Positions 1 to 9,613 are shown, counted from the whole stretch's first letter. The stretch: 63,775 nucleotides of DNA, filler included, from Candidatus Tectimicrobiota bacterium (GCA_016193065.1; 10 parts of 10 records of this genome joined end to end with filler, not necessarily neighbours in it), one strand, 5' to 3'. The notes: generated from the letters alone by a model not told the origin. Numbers and translations are program-made.

Positions 1-186
1 AACATTCCCGGAAACTTAGGATAGTGGCCCGAATTAACCCGGGCCAGCTCGATTTCCTCAATCGCCGGGCCTCCGGGGCAAGCACCACACTCTTTACCCT
101 GGCCAGGAAAGGGACTCCAAAGGGGATCCGGATTCAGCGCAGCCGCTTGCGAAGGCGGTCATTTTGCTGGAAAGGGAGTTAGACTT

Positions 187-1137
187 ATGAAATTGGTGAC
201 CTATCGCAGGGAAGGGACAACCCGTTTGGGCGGCCTCAGCGATGACGGAGTTGTGGATCTCCAGAGAGCCTACCGGTTCGTCCTCAAGCACAAGGGAGAA
301 GGGGATCGGGCTGCACTGGAGATGCCCGCGGAGATGCGCTCTTTGCTGGCCGGGGGAGAAATTGCTCTGGGAAGAGTCAAGGAAACCCTGGCGGTAATCC
401 ACTTCCTTCTGAAGGAGAAAAAGGATACGGCAAAATGGCAAAGTGAGGGAATCTACTTCCCTTTGAACGCGGTGAGCTTGGCGCCGCCTGTCCCCAATCC
501 AGGAAAGATCATCTGCCTGGGGAAGAATTATAAGGCCCATGCCGAGGAGACCGGGGGAGATATTCCCACGATTCCCATCGTGTTTGCCCGCTTCGCCAGC
601 ACTCTGCTCGGCCCCTACGATCCGATCCCCATTCCCAGAGCATCAGACAAAATCGACTACGAAGGGGAAATGGCGGTTGTCATCGGCAAGCGGGGACGGC
701 ATATCCGGGAAGAGGAAGCCATGGAACATGTGGCTGGTTACATGATCCTCAACGACGTCAGCGCTCGAGACTATCAGCAGAAGACTTCCCAGTGGACCCT
801 GGGAAAGAACTTCGATGCCTCCGCCCCCACCGGGCCAGCCCTGATCACAAAGGAGGAAGTCGCCGACCCGCATAACCTGGATATCCGCACGATTGTAAGC
901 GGAGACATGCTGCAAGACTCCAATACGAGCCTCCTGATCTTCCAAATTCCCTACCTGATTGCCTACCTCTCGGAGGTCTTTGCGCTGGAGCCGGGGGACA
1001 TCATCTCGACCGGAACGCCGGACGGGGTGGGGTTTGTGCGCAAGCCGCCGCGCTTCTTGAAGCCCGGGGACCGGGTCCGGGTCGAGGTTTCCGGGCTGGG
1101 TTTCATTGACAACCCCGTGATTGCAGAAGCCCTCTGA
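187..1137 (+). CDS. Fumarylacetoacetate hydrolase (FAH) family protein
   Basis: KIICLGKNY, DYEGE, NDVSARD, GKNFD, GDIISTGTP motifs. Confidence 0.92.
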   Translation: MKLVTYRREGTTRLGGLSDDGVVDLQRAYRFVLKHKGEGDRAALEMPAEMRSLLAGGEIALGRVKETLAVIHFLLKEKKDTAKWQSEGIYFPLNAVSLAPPVPNPGKIICLGKNYKAHAEETGGDIPTIPIVFARFASTLLGPYDPIPIPRASDKIDYEGEMAVVIGKRGRHIREEEAMEHVAGYMILNDVSARDYQQKTSQWTLGKNFDASAPTGPALITKEEVADPHNLDIRTIVSGDMLQDSNTSLLIFQIPYLIAYLSEVFALEPGDIISTGTPDGVGFVRKPPRFLKPGDRVRVEVSGLGFIDNPVIAEAL

Positions 1138-1154
1138 AACAATTGGAACAGCCC

Positions 1155-1268
1155 ATGAGACGTATCTTCAGCTTCCAAGCCCAGACTGATGCCTCCCTGG
1201 AAAACGGTTTCATCAGCTCCCCGGTCCATGTCCGAGATCTGGTCGCTGAAACCGTGGCGCTGGAGTAA
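1155..1268 (+). pseudogene. Possible C-terminal remnant of a NitT/TauT substrate-binding protein (37 aa)
   Basis: MRRIFSFQAQTDASLENGFISSPVHVRDLVAETVALE* resembles SBP C-termini and sits directly before two TauC-type permeases. Confidence 0.35.
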
Positions 1269-1274
1269 AGAGGC

Positions 1275-2051
1275 ATGCCCGCAAAGATGCGCTGGTTGAG
1301 CTTCCTCTTTGTTCTGGCAATCGTCGGCGTCTGGGAGGCCGCCAGCCGCACGAACCTCGTGGACCCTTCCTACTTGCCTCCCTTCACTGCGGTCCTGCGG
1401 GCGTTCGTCGCAGACTTCACCCAGGGAGAAATTTTGCGCCAAGTGCTGGCCACCATGAGATCCTACGTCCAGGGGCTCAGCCTGGCGCTGGCGGTGGGAA
1501 TCCCCTGTGGAGTTCTCATGGGGGCCTTCCCGGGGTTTTACGCGGGCGGGCGGACCTTACTGGAATTCTTGCGCCCCATCCCCTCGGTGGCCGTAATCCC
1601 CATTGCCATCCTGCTGCTGGGGATCGAGTTTAAGATGCGCACCGCCGTAGTTTTCTATGGTTCCCTGTGGCCGGTCCTCCTGAACACCCTCTACGGCATC
1701 TACGACGTGGATCCGGTCTACGTGGACACCGCCCGAGTCTTCGGGCGCCGCCGCGGCAACATTCTGCGGGCCGTCGTGCTTCCGGCGGCTCTCCCCTACA
1801 TCTTCACCGGGGTCCGGATCGCTTCGGCCATCGCCCTGATCCTGGCTGTCACCTCGGAAATGGTGGCCGGCAGCAGTGGGCTGGGGTTTTACGTAAAGAC
1901 CTCGGAGATGTCCCTGCGCGTGGGAGAAATGTACGGGGGGATCCTTCTGACCGGGATCCTAGGCTATCTCCTCAACGTGGGGTTCCTGAGCCTGGAAAAG
2001 GTCATCCTGGGTTGGCACCGGGGGTTCCAGGGACAACGAAGCAGAGGATAA
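1275..2051 (+). CDS. ABC transporter permease, NitT/TauT (SsuC/TauC) family
   Basis: EFLRPIPSVA, VLPAALPYIFTG, SEM..GLG motifs; multiple TM helices. Confidence 0.9.
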   Translation: MPAKMRWLSFLFVLAIVGVWEAASRTNLVDPSYLPPFTAVLRAFVADFTQGEILRQVLATMRSYVQGLSLALAVGIPCGVLMGAFPGFYAGGRTLLEFLRPIPSVAVIPIAILLLGIEFKMRTAVVFYGSLWPVLLNTLYGIYDVDPVYVDTARVFGRRRGNILRAVVLPAALPYIFTGVRIASAIALILAVTSEMVAGSSGLGFYVKTSEMSLRVGEMYGGILLTGILGYLLNVGFLSLEKVILGWHRGFQGQRSRG

Positions 2052-2058
2052 GAATTCC

Positions 2059-2701
2059 ATGGGCTGGCAAGGGCGCTGGGGGAAAGCAATGGCGGGATGG
2101 ATCGTGTTTGCTCTCGCCCTGTTCGCATGGGAGATCGTCTCCCGGATCTCACCCTCTCTCTATTTTCCTCCGTTCACCCGGGTGCTGGTCAACTTCTGGG
2201 AGGTGTTGCTCTCCAGCCAGGTCATCCTGGGCCATATCCTGCCCAGCCTCCAGCGCATGGCCATCGGCTATTTGCTCGCCGTCTTCCTCGGCATTACCGT
2301 AGGAGGAATCCTGGGCTACTGGGAATCCTTATACCGGATCGTCCAACCCGTGGTGGAGTTCTTGCGGGCCATCCCCCCTCCCGTGCTCATCCCTTTCACG
2401 CTTCTCCTGCTGGGGTTGGGGGATTCCGGGAAGATCTTCGTGATCACCTTTGGCAGCCTGTGGCCGATTCTCCTGAACGCCATCGACGGCACCCGCAACG
2501 TAAGCGAGACCTTCAAGGATACGGCCCGTCTCTTTGGCCGCACCCGGGCCGAAATCGCCCGGCAGGTCGTGGTCCCAGCCGCCCTTCCCCAGGTGTTTGC
2601 GGGGATGCGCACCAGTGTTTCCGTAGCGCTGATCATGATCGTCGTCTCCGAAATGATTGCGAGCAGCAACGGTTTGGGGTACTTTATCCTGCACGCCCAG
2701 C
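2059..2701 (+). CDS. ABC transporter permease, NitT/TauT family (3' truncated by contig end)
   Basis: EFLRAIPP, VPAALPQVFAG, SEMIASSNGLG. Confidence 0.88.
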
Positions 2702-2801
2702 NNNNNNNNNNNNNNNNNNNNNNNNNNNNNNNNNNNNNNNNNNNNTTAATTAATTAANNNNNNNNNNNNNNNNNNNNNNNNNNNNNNNNNNNNNNNNNNN
2801 N
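2702..2801. other. Contig-join linker
   Basis: N44-TTAATTAATTAA-N44 six-frame stop linker. Confidence 0.98.
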
Positions 2802-2844
2802 GACGGCAGTTCATCAATTCCTCTCGGAGAGGGGTCTATCGTGA
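2802..2844 (+). CDS. 3' end of MNT nucleotidyltransferase antitoxin (partial)
   Basis: TAVHQFLSERGLS* matches the end of the MNT at 48995-49294 (QQFLSERGLT*); GTGA overlap with HEPN gene. Confidence 0.75.
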
Positions 2845-3272
2845 GTCCCATTGAGGCGGAGGTGATCCGCCGCAAGTTGGGAATCATTACGGAGAATCTG
2901 CGCGCACTGAAGCCAATCGGGACTCTCAGCTCTAAGGAATACCGCCGGGATCTATTCCGCAGGAAAGGGACGGAGAGACTCCTCCAGGAGCTGATTGAAG
3001 CTGCTATTGACATCAACACCCATCTGGCTACGGCCCAGGGGCAGAGTCCCCCGGATGACTATTACGAAAGCTTCCTCAAGATGGGTGATCTCGGTGTTCT
3101 CTCTTCAGAACTTGCCAACGGGCTTGCCCCCTCGGCCGGTCTCAGAAACCGCCTGGTCCACGAATACGACGTGCTGGACGACAAGCTGATCCTGGCTGCC
3201 GTCAAGACCGCCCAGGATCTTTATGCCCGCTACGTGAAGGCCGTTGAGGATTTCCTGAAAACCAATCCCTAG
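2841..3272 (+). CDS. HEPN/DUF86 (HepT-like) ribonuclease toxin
   Basis: RNRLVH (RxxxxH) motif followed by EY; coupled to an MNT gene. Confidence 0.9.
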   Translation: MSPIEAEVIRRKLGIITENLRALKPIGTLSSKEYRRDLFRRKGTERLLQELIEAAIDINTHLATAQGQSPPDDYYESFLKMGDLGVLSSELANGLAPSAGLRNRLVHEYDVLDDKLILAAVKTAQDLYARYVKAVEDFLKTNP

Positions 3273-4150
3273 CAGTTGCAGCGGATCGCGAATTCTTTTT
3301 CCCGTCCCACCAGGGACTCCCCCCTTGCCTTGTGGTCCGCCGTGTGAGCGGCGACTGTCTCCACGCCCTTCCGGTAGATATTCTTGATCGTCTCCTCCCA
3401 GTCCCGGTTGTCGTCGGCGGACCACGGGAAGGGGAGTTCCAGGATCTTCCAGGGCTCGCGGAATTCCGAGGCCAGCCGCAGGGCCGCCCTCAGAATCTCG
3501 CGCTGCAGCTCCGGCTCGTTGGGCTTTCCCGCGGGGCAGCCGGGGGGAAAATCGAGAAAGACGGTGCGGGGAGGCTTGAAAGCGCTGCTCACATCCCAGA
3601 GGCAACTCATGCTGAGAGTGGGGAGTCCCCGGGCTTCCAATCCTCGTGCAATCAGTCCCACGGACCGATGGCAGGCGGGTCAGAGAGGGAAGAGAAAAAC
3701 AAGATCCACTCCCTGAGAACTAAATTCCTCCTTGATGGCGGGGACGGTCTTCTCGATCAGTTCCGTGTATCGCGTGATCGAGCCGACCATGGACACCGCT
3801 CTGGGGGCAAGACGGCCTATCGTCCCCTGGGACTCCAGTTCCGCGAGCCTGTCCCGGGGGAAAGCGACGTTCAGGTCCTCTTCGGCCCAGATCCGCACCG
3901 GTGTCTTGTGGGAAAGGATCAAATCCGAAAGAGGCGTCTTGCGATCGATCAGGCGGTAGGAGAGATCGTTCGTTTCGGCGAGAAGCGGCTCCGTGGGGAG
4001 CTGCACACCCGCGCTGCTGAAGAGGCCGATGGTGGCCTCCGCGATCGGACGGCGCAGCGGTGTGAGTTGCGGCGGATCGAAGTTCGGCAGGGGAGGGTAG
4101 GGCCTGGGGGCCATGAGCTTGGTCATGAACTCCACGTACTGAAACGGCAT
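3269..4150 (-). CDS. GrdB/PrdB-like selenoprotein B family protein (293 aa, Sec at TGA 3682-3680)
   Basis: ORFs 3680-4255 and 3269-3661 are in the same frame: VDLVFLFPL-TGA-PACHRSVGLIAR (UxxC); hairpin after UGA; C-terminal CNC. Confidence 0.85.
3646..3673 (-). promoter_or_regulatory. Candidate bacterial SECIS element
   Basis: TGC-C-ATCGGTCC-GTG-GGACTGAT-T-GCA stem-loop; G-starting loop 18 nt after the UGA. Confidence 0.6.
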
Positions 4151-4193
4151 CGTGCATCCCTCCTTGATTCTTCTATTCCTCTTCCCAATCTTA

Positions 4194-4230
4194 CCCTCTC
4201 CCCAATTTGGGGAGAGGGGTGGGTGAGGGG
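4194..4230. repeat. REP-like palindrome (CCCTCACCC/CCTCTCCC type)
   Basis: CCCTCTCCCCAA-T-TTGGGGAGAGGG hairpin followed by GGGTGAGGGG, intergenic. Confidence 0.6.
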
Positions 4231-4247
4231 GAGCTTTTGCAAATTGC

Positions 4248-5003
4248 TCAGGCAAGTCTCATCAGTGGATTCAACTGTTCAAAGAACTCCCCGATCTCTC
4301 TATCCCACCGGTAGTCCGCCAGTGAATCCAGCGGCGTGTCGTCCCTATTAATGATGGCAAGCAGGGCGCCGCTTTGTTTCGCAATCACCGGGAAAGAGGC
4401 AGCCGGCTGAACAACAAGGGAAGAGCCCACGACGATGAAGACCTTTGCCGCCTCGCTCCACTCCTGGGCGCGCTGCATGGCCCGCAGGGGCATCTGCTGG
4501 CCGAAGGAAATGGTGGCGGGCTTTAGATAGCCGCCGCACGCATCGCAGATCGGAGGACGAAAATCGCCGACGATTCTCTCATAGATTGCGTTCGGTTCAA
4601 ATTCTTTCCCGCACTGCAGACAGGTGACTTTTCTGTCCGTGCCGTGCAACTCCACGATTTTTTCCTCGGAAACTCCGGCCATCTGGTGGAGCCCGTCCAC
4701 ATTCTGCGTGATAAGACCCAGCAATTGGCCCCTCTTCTCAAACTCGGCAATCGAGTAGTGCCCGATATTCGGCTTCACGTTCTTGTAAAGTTCGTTAGTT
4801 TCCTTCTTCATCTTCCAATATTGGATGCGCGCAGCCTCGCTGTCCAGAAAGTCCGAGTAATAGACCGGCGTGTATCTTGTCCAGATCCCCCCCGGACTGC
4901 GGAAGTCGGGTACGCCGGATTCCGTGCTGATTCCCGCCCCGGTGAAGAAGACAACGTCACGGCAGGCTTTCAGTCCGCTGGCAAAGTCCTGCAGTGTCAT
5001 CAT
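4248..5003 (-). CDS. NAD-dependent protein deacylase, Sir2/sirtuin family
   Basis: GAGISTESGVPDFR, TQNVDGLH, ELHG, CxxC/CxxC zinc site, VGSSLVVQPAA. Confidence 0.95.
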   Translation of the reverse strand: MMTLQDFASGLKACRDVVFFTGAGISTESGVPDFRSPGGIWTRYTPVYYSDFLDSEAARIQYWKMKKETNELYKNVKPNIGHYSIAEFEKRGQLLGLITQNVDGLHQMAGVSEEKIVELHGTDRKVTCLQCGKEFEPNAIYERIVGDFRPPICDACGGYLKPATISFGQQMPLRAMQRAQEWSEAAKVFIVVGSSLVVQPAASFPVIAKQSGALLAIINRDDTPLDSLADYRWDREIGEFFEQLNPLMRLA

Positions 5004-5137
5004 AAAGGATTCCCTCATGGGTCGAGGCCGGGTACAGCCCGTATTATAGAACTTCCGGGAGTCAAAACTCCAGTGAATGCGCTCTCGCTTTCGAGAAGAT
5101 CCGAGCTTCTGGCCTAACAGGTTGCTGAGAATGTCCT

Positions 5138-5270
5138 TTTCGTGGTTCGACAAGCCTGTCCTGCACCCGGAAGCCGGGTACCCGGTCGAAGGGCTCACCA
5201 CGAACGGAGAAACTTCCAGAATTTCAATGCGTGATCCGTTCGCTCTGAGCGTGTCGAAGGGCGAGCGGAG
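5138..5270. repeat. Pair of inverted REP-like repeats (TTCGAC..CTCA..CGAACGGA type); first copy contains a 22-nt micro-element
   Basis: TTCGTGGTTCGACAAGC...GTCGAAGGGCTCACCACGAACGGA and TCCGTTCGCTCTGAGCGTGTCGAAGGGCGAGCGGA. Confidence 0.65.
5163..5184 (+). repeat. 22-nt micro-element GCACCC-GGAAGCC-GGGTACCCG
   Basis: Exact reverse complement at 38159-38180; same architecture at four other loci. Confidence 0.8.
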
Positions 5271-5382
5271 GGTTTTTCGGCAACCTTCTAATGAAAAGCA
5301 GGCTTGACAACCGTGTCCCCTGCCGAGAGATACTGCTAAGGTAAGGAGGTTTCGAAATGACCCGGGGAATCAGGAGGTCAAC

Positions 5383-5799
5383 ATGCTCGATTTCACCACC
5401 AAATTCGGCCGGCGGGTAAACCGGCGCCTTCGTCAGGAGCAGATTATCTGGCTGACGACTGTTGACTCGAACAACGTACCTCTGCCAAGACCGGTCTGGT
5501 TTCACTGGGATGGCGAGACGCTCCTGATCTTCAGCGAAGAGGACAGGGCCAAGATCCGGCACATCGCCCGGAACCCGAAGGTCTCGCTGAATTTCAACAC
5601 GGATGAGGAGGGCGGCGATGTCGCTGTCCTCGTGGGAAAAGCCAGAGTTCTGGAGGAACCACCTCCTCAGACGAGAGTCAAGGCTTATCTCAGAAAATAC
5701 AAGAAAGGGCTGAAGGATCTGGGAATGACCTCGGCCGCGTTCACGGGTTCATATTCGGTTCCTATCGTTGTTACCCCGAAGGACATGCGGGGTTTTTGA
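5383..5799 (+). CDS. PPOX-class (pyridoxamine oxidase-like) F420-dependent oxidoreductase family
   Basis: IIWLTTV, PRPVWFHWDG, KIRHIARNPKVSLNF; AGGAGG RBS. Confidence 0.85.
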   Translation: MLDFTTKFGRRVNRRLRQEQIIWLTTVDSNNVPLPRPVWFHWDGETLLIFSEEDRAKIRHIARNPKVSLNFNTDEEGGDVAVLVGKARVLEEPPPQTRVKAYLRKYKKGLKDLGMTSAAFTGSYSVPIVVTPKDMRGF

Positions 5800-5802
5800 A
5801 TC

Positions 5803-6270
5803 ATGGAAGTCGCTGGCTGCACGATGGAGGATTTTCACCAGATCGTTTCCCATATTGCCGAGTTCTGGGGGAGTGACCGGACGCTGCACTTGCACCACCC
5901 CATGTTCGTCCACGAGTTTGGCGATACGGCCTACGTTGTGAAGGACGGGTCCGACGTGGCTGCCTATCTTTTCGGTTTCCTTTCCCAGACCGAGCCCACG
6001 GCCTACGTGCATCTGGTCGGGGTCCGAACACCGTACCGAAGGCGGGGGCTCGCTCGGCAGCTCTACGAGCACTTCATTTCCGTTGCGCTATCCCGAGGCT
6101 GCAAGAAGCTCAAGGCGATCACGACGCCGGGAAATCTCGGATCGATTGCCTTCCACCGGGCGCTGGGGATGGAGATGATCGGGACGGCGAACGAGCAGGG
6201 CATCCCGGTCGTTCGCGATTATGCCGGACCGGGTCAGGGCAGGGTGGTGTTTGTGAAGGACCTTCTCTAG
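5803..6270 (+). CDS. GNAT family N-acetyltransferase
   Basis: VHLVGV..YRRRGLAR acetyl-CoA motif; N..SIAFHRALG. Confidence 0.9.
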   Translation: MEVAGCTMEDFHQIVSHIAEFWGSDRTLHLHHPMFVHEFGDTAYVVKDGSDVAAYLFGFLSQTEPTAYVHLVGVRTPYRRRGLARQLYEHFISVALSRGCKKLKAITTPGNLGSIAFHRALGMEMIGTANEQGIPVVRDYAGPGQGRVVFVKDLL

Positions 6271-6309
6271 GCTCGGCAGAGCGGACACATCGGAAGGAGG
6301 GGGAAGAAG

Positions 6310-6858
6310 ATGCGCTGGGAATTCGAGCCGGGGCACAGCGCGGCGGAGTTCTGCTGCCGACATATGATGGTGACGTGGATCCGGGGTCACTTCAAGAACG
6401 TCCGGGGCTCCCTGGAGTTTGATCCGCAGGCTCCGGACAAGTCCTCGGTGCGCGCCGAGATGGACGGCGCCGCCGTGTGGACGGGAGAGAAGGACCGGGA
6501 CGAGCATCTTCGGGCGGCGGCTTTTCTGGACGCCGGGATCTATCCCAAGATCACGTTCGAGAGCAAGAGCGTGGACGTCCTCACGGCCCACGAGTGGCGA
6601 GTCAACGGAGACCTCACGCTCCGGGGAGTCACGCGTCCGGTGACTCTGAAGACCCAGTATCTCGGCCAGTGGGAGACGCCCTACTGGGAAGGAGGCGCCG
6701 ACAGAGGTCCGGTGATCCGCGCGGGCTTCTGCGCCACCACCGTGATCAACCGCCACGATTTCGGCGTGAGCTGGAATGCCCTGATGGACAGAGGAGGCGT
6801 CGTCGTGGGAGACGAGGTGTACATCACGTTGGACATCGAGGCGCTGCGCAAAAAATGA
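6310..6858 (+). CDS. YceI family protein
   Basis: HS.AEF..RHMM, RDEHLR..FLD..YP.ITFES, GDLTLRGVTRPV. Confidence 0.92.
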   Translation: MRWEFEPGHSAAEFCCRHMMVTWIRGHFKNVRGSLEFDPQAPDKSSVRAEMDGAAVWTGEKDRDEHLRAAAFLDAGIYPKITFESKSVDVLTAHEWRVNGDLTLRGVTRPVTLKTQYLGQWETPYWEGGADRGPVIRAGFCATTVINRHDFGVSWNALMDRGGVVVGDEVYITLDIEALRKK

Positions 6859-6890
6859 CATGGGATTTTGGAATACCCGGACTTGTCTTA

Positions 6891-6982
6891 CCGTCATTCC
6901 GGCGCAGGCCGGAATCCAGTCTTGCCTTTATCACCTCGGCCCGAGGCTGAAGACCTGGATTCCCGCTTACGCGGGAATGACG
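6891..6982. repeat. Inverted pair of GTCATTCC..GGAATCCAG REP-like repeats
   Basis: CCGTCATTCCGGCGCAGGCCGGAATCCAG ... CTGGATTCCCGCTTACGCGGGAATGACGG. Confidence 0.75.
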
Positions 6983-7002
6983 GAGGGAGAAGATAAAGAA
7001 AA

Positions 7003-7126
7003 TGGGCGCAATGAATGCGCCCCTGGACCGGAATCGGATCCTCCCAATGTAGGGACGCGATTTATCGCGCCTTCATTTTAGAGGAAGAAGAGAAGCAAAG
7101 AGGGCGCAGCAAGCGGCGCCCCTACA
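7003..7126. repeat. GTAG-type REP palindromes (cluster)
   Basis: GTAGGGACGCGATTTATCGCGCC and inverted AGGGCGCAGCAAGCGGCGCCCCTAC; also GGGCGCAATGAATGCGCCC. Confidence 0.7.
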
Positions 7127-7324
7127 TGGGGAACGAGCTGATTCACTCCCGGATTGCCGTCCCCGACTACTATTTTCGGGGACGGGTCTTGCGCGGGGTT
7201 GACGAAGTTAAGGGAAAAGGCCGTATGATGATTCCAGGTTTACCTGCTTGCCGGCTTGTGTTAAATTAAGGCCCGTCCAGCCGGAGTGCCCGGACCCGCG
7301 CGTAGTACCACCAAGTGAGGTTTC

Positions 7325-9433
7325 ATGGATTCGAACAGCACATTTGTCATCGGCAGCGATACGGGGGGTACCTTCACGGATATCACGGTCCTCACCGATC
7401 AGGGTGAGATCTTCATGGACAAGGCCCCCACGACCCCCCACGATTTCTCCATCGGCGTCATGGACGCCATCGACAAGGTGAGCCAGGGAATGGGGCTTAC
7501 CCGCGAGGATCTCTTGCGTCGCTCTGTCATGGTCAAACACGGCAGCACGGTGGCCACCAACGCCCTGATCACCCGGGAAGGCTCCAAGGTCGGCCTGATC
7601 ACGACCCGCGGCTTTGAGGACACGACCCTGATCATGCGGGCCATCGGGAGAGTGGCCGGCTTGAGCGAAGAAGAGATCAAGCATCAGGCCACGGCGGTAA
7701 AACCCGAGCCCATGGTGCCGCGGGAACTCATCAAGGGAGTTACGGAACGCGTGGATTCCCAGGGGAAAGTTGTCATCCCCGTGAACCAGGACGAGATCCG
7801 CGAGGCCCTGCGCTGCCTGGTGGAGGAGCACCAGGTGCAGGGGATTGCCGTGAACTTCCTCTTCGGGTTCTCAAATCCCGCTCACGAGCTTGCCGTCCGG
7901 CGCCTCTTCCAGGAGATGTATCCCGGCAGCGACATTACGCTCACTTGCAGCCACGAGATCTGCAAGACGATCCGGGAGTACTCCCGCAGCAACACGGTGA
8001 TCATGAACGAGTTTTTAGCGCGCACCGTGCACAACTATGTGAGCCGGCTGGGCCGCCAACTGGCCGAGTCGGGCTATCAGCGCCCACTTCTGGTTATGCA
8101 GGCCAATGGCGGGGTCGTGCATCCGGACGAGATGGTGCCCGTGGGTACGATCAGTTCCGGCCCATCTGGCGGAGTCATCGCCAGCAAGTTCGTGGCCGAC
8201 ATCCTGGGCCATAAGAATGTGGTGACGACGGACATGGGCGGCACCAGCTTCGACGTGAGCCTGCTGATCGATGGTCACTGGCGCAACATGCTGGACTCCA
8301 TCGTGGAGCGCTTCCATGTGAGCTGGCCCATGATGGACATCCAATCAATCGGCGCCGGGGGCGGCACGATTTCCACGGTCGACCCGGTGACGGGCCAGCT
8401 CCGGGTGGGACCCAAGAGCGCCGGGGCGGCTCCTGGCCCGGTCTGTTACGGAGCCGGCGGGCAGCACCCCACGATCACCGACGCCGACTTGATTCTCGGG
8501 CTTCTGGACCCCGACTACTTCCTGGGCGGCCGCATGAAGCTCAACAAGGCCCTGGCCGAGAAGGCCATGCGGGAGAAAATTGCCGAGCCCCTGGGGATGG
8601 ACGTAGTGGAGGCAGCGGCCGGAATCTACGAGATCATCAATGCCTCCATGTCCGACCTGATCCGCAAGCAGGTCGTCACCACAGGGCGGATTCCTGCTGA
8701 GTTCGTCATCTACTCGTTCGGGGGCGCGGGACCGGTACACGCCGCCGCCTACGGCGCGGAGCTCGGCGCGTCCAAGTGTTATATCTTCCCCATGTCTGCG
8801 GTGTTCTCGGCCTTTGGCGTGGCGGCGGCGGACATTATCATGAGCCACCCGGAGACCTTCCGCCAGCGGCTGCCCGTGGACCCGGAGGTTCTCAACCGGA
8901 AGATCGAAAGCGTCGAGTCCGAGCTGCAGGCCGCCATCGAGCGCCAGGGGATCCGTCGGGAAGACATCAGCTTTCGCCGAACTTTTTATATGCGCTACGG
9001 GAAGCAGCTCAATGACCTGGAGATCCAGGTTCCCACCAAGCGCTACACGGAAGAAGATATCCAGGCCATCATGGCACTCTTCGAGCGCAAATATGAGGAT
9101 GTGTACGGCCACGGCAGCGGCTACCGGGAGGCGGGCATCTTGCTGATCTCTTTCAACATCGAGGCGATTGGTGCCACCATCAAGCCCCGGCTCGCTACGG
9201 TGCCGAGCAACGGCAGTCGCAGCCCCGAAGGAGCCGTCAAAGGAAAGAGGTTGGTCTACTTCCCCAAGGTCGGGGACTTCGTGGAGACCCGTGTGTACGA
9301 TTATCTCAAGCTGAAGGCCGGACACGGACTCGAAGGGCCGGCCATTGTGGAAACGCCGATCACCACGATCATCATACCGCCTCAAGCCACGGCGGTGGTC
9401 GATTCGTATCTCAACATCGAGATGGTGATCTAG
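7325..9433 (+). CDS. Hydantoinase A/oxoprolinase family protein (ATP-dependent amidohydrolase/carboxylase subunit)
   Basis: DTGGTFTD, STVATNAL, DMGGTSFD, SIGAGGG, GPKSAGAAPGP. Confidence 0.93.
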   Translation: MDSNSTFVIGSDTGGTFTDITVLTDQGEIFMDKAPTTPHDFSIGVMDAIDKVSQGMGLTREDLLRRSVMVKHGSTVATNALITREGSKVGLITTRGFEDTTLIMRAIGRVAGLSEEEIKHQATAVKPEPMVPRELIKGVTERVDSQGKVVIPVNQDEIREALRCLVEEHQVQGIAVNFLFGFSNPAHELAVRRLFQEMYPGSDITLTCSHEICKTIREYSRSNTVIMNEFLARTVHNYVSRLGRQLAESGYQRPLLVMQANGGVVHPDEMVPVGTISSGPSGGVIASKFVADILGHKNVVTTDMGGTSFDVSLLIDGHWRNMLDSIVERFHVSWPMMDIQSIGAGGGTISTVDPVTGQLRVGPKSAGAAPGPVCYGAGGQHPTITDADLILGLLDPDYFLGGRMKLNKALAEKAMREKIAEPLGMDVVEAAAGIYEIINASMSDLIRKQVVTTGRIPAEFVIYSFGGAGPVHAAAYGAELGASKCYIFPMSAVFSAFGVAAADIIMSHPETFRQRLPVDPEVLNRKIESVESELQAAIERQGIRREDISFRRTFYMRYGKQLNDLEIQVPTKRYTEEDIQAIMALFERKYEDVYGHGSGYREAGILLISFNIEAIGATIKPRLATVPSNGSRSPEGAVKGKRLVYFPKVGDFVETRVYDYLKLKAGHGLEGPAIVETPITTIIIPPQATAVVDSYLNIEMVI

Positions 9434-9442
9434 GAGAGCAGG

Positions 9443-9613
9443 ATGGTCAACGGGACAACCAAGATCCGCAGCATTGAGGCCCTCGATCCGGTCAAGTACG
9501 AGATCTTCCGCCACCGCATCTTCAACATCCTGGAAGAAGGGCGGATCGCCATGCGCATGGTGTCGGGTTCGCCCGTCGTCGTGGAAGGAGGGGAGACCCT
9601 GTGCTCGTTTTAC
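9443..9613 (+). CDS. Hydantoinase B/oxoprolinase family subunit (5' fragment)
   Basis: DPVKYEIFRHRI...EE...SGSPVVVEGGE; follows the A subunit. Confidence 0.8.

Noticed and set aside
2841-5003. Sir2 plus HEPN as an antiphage system
   Set aside because: The Sir2 is a standard zinc-binding sirtuin deacylase on the opposite strand; the HEPN belongs to an MNT-HEPN TA pair
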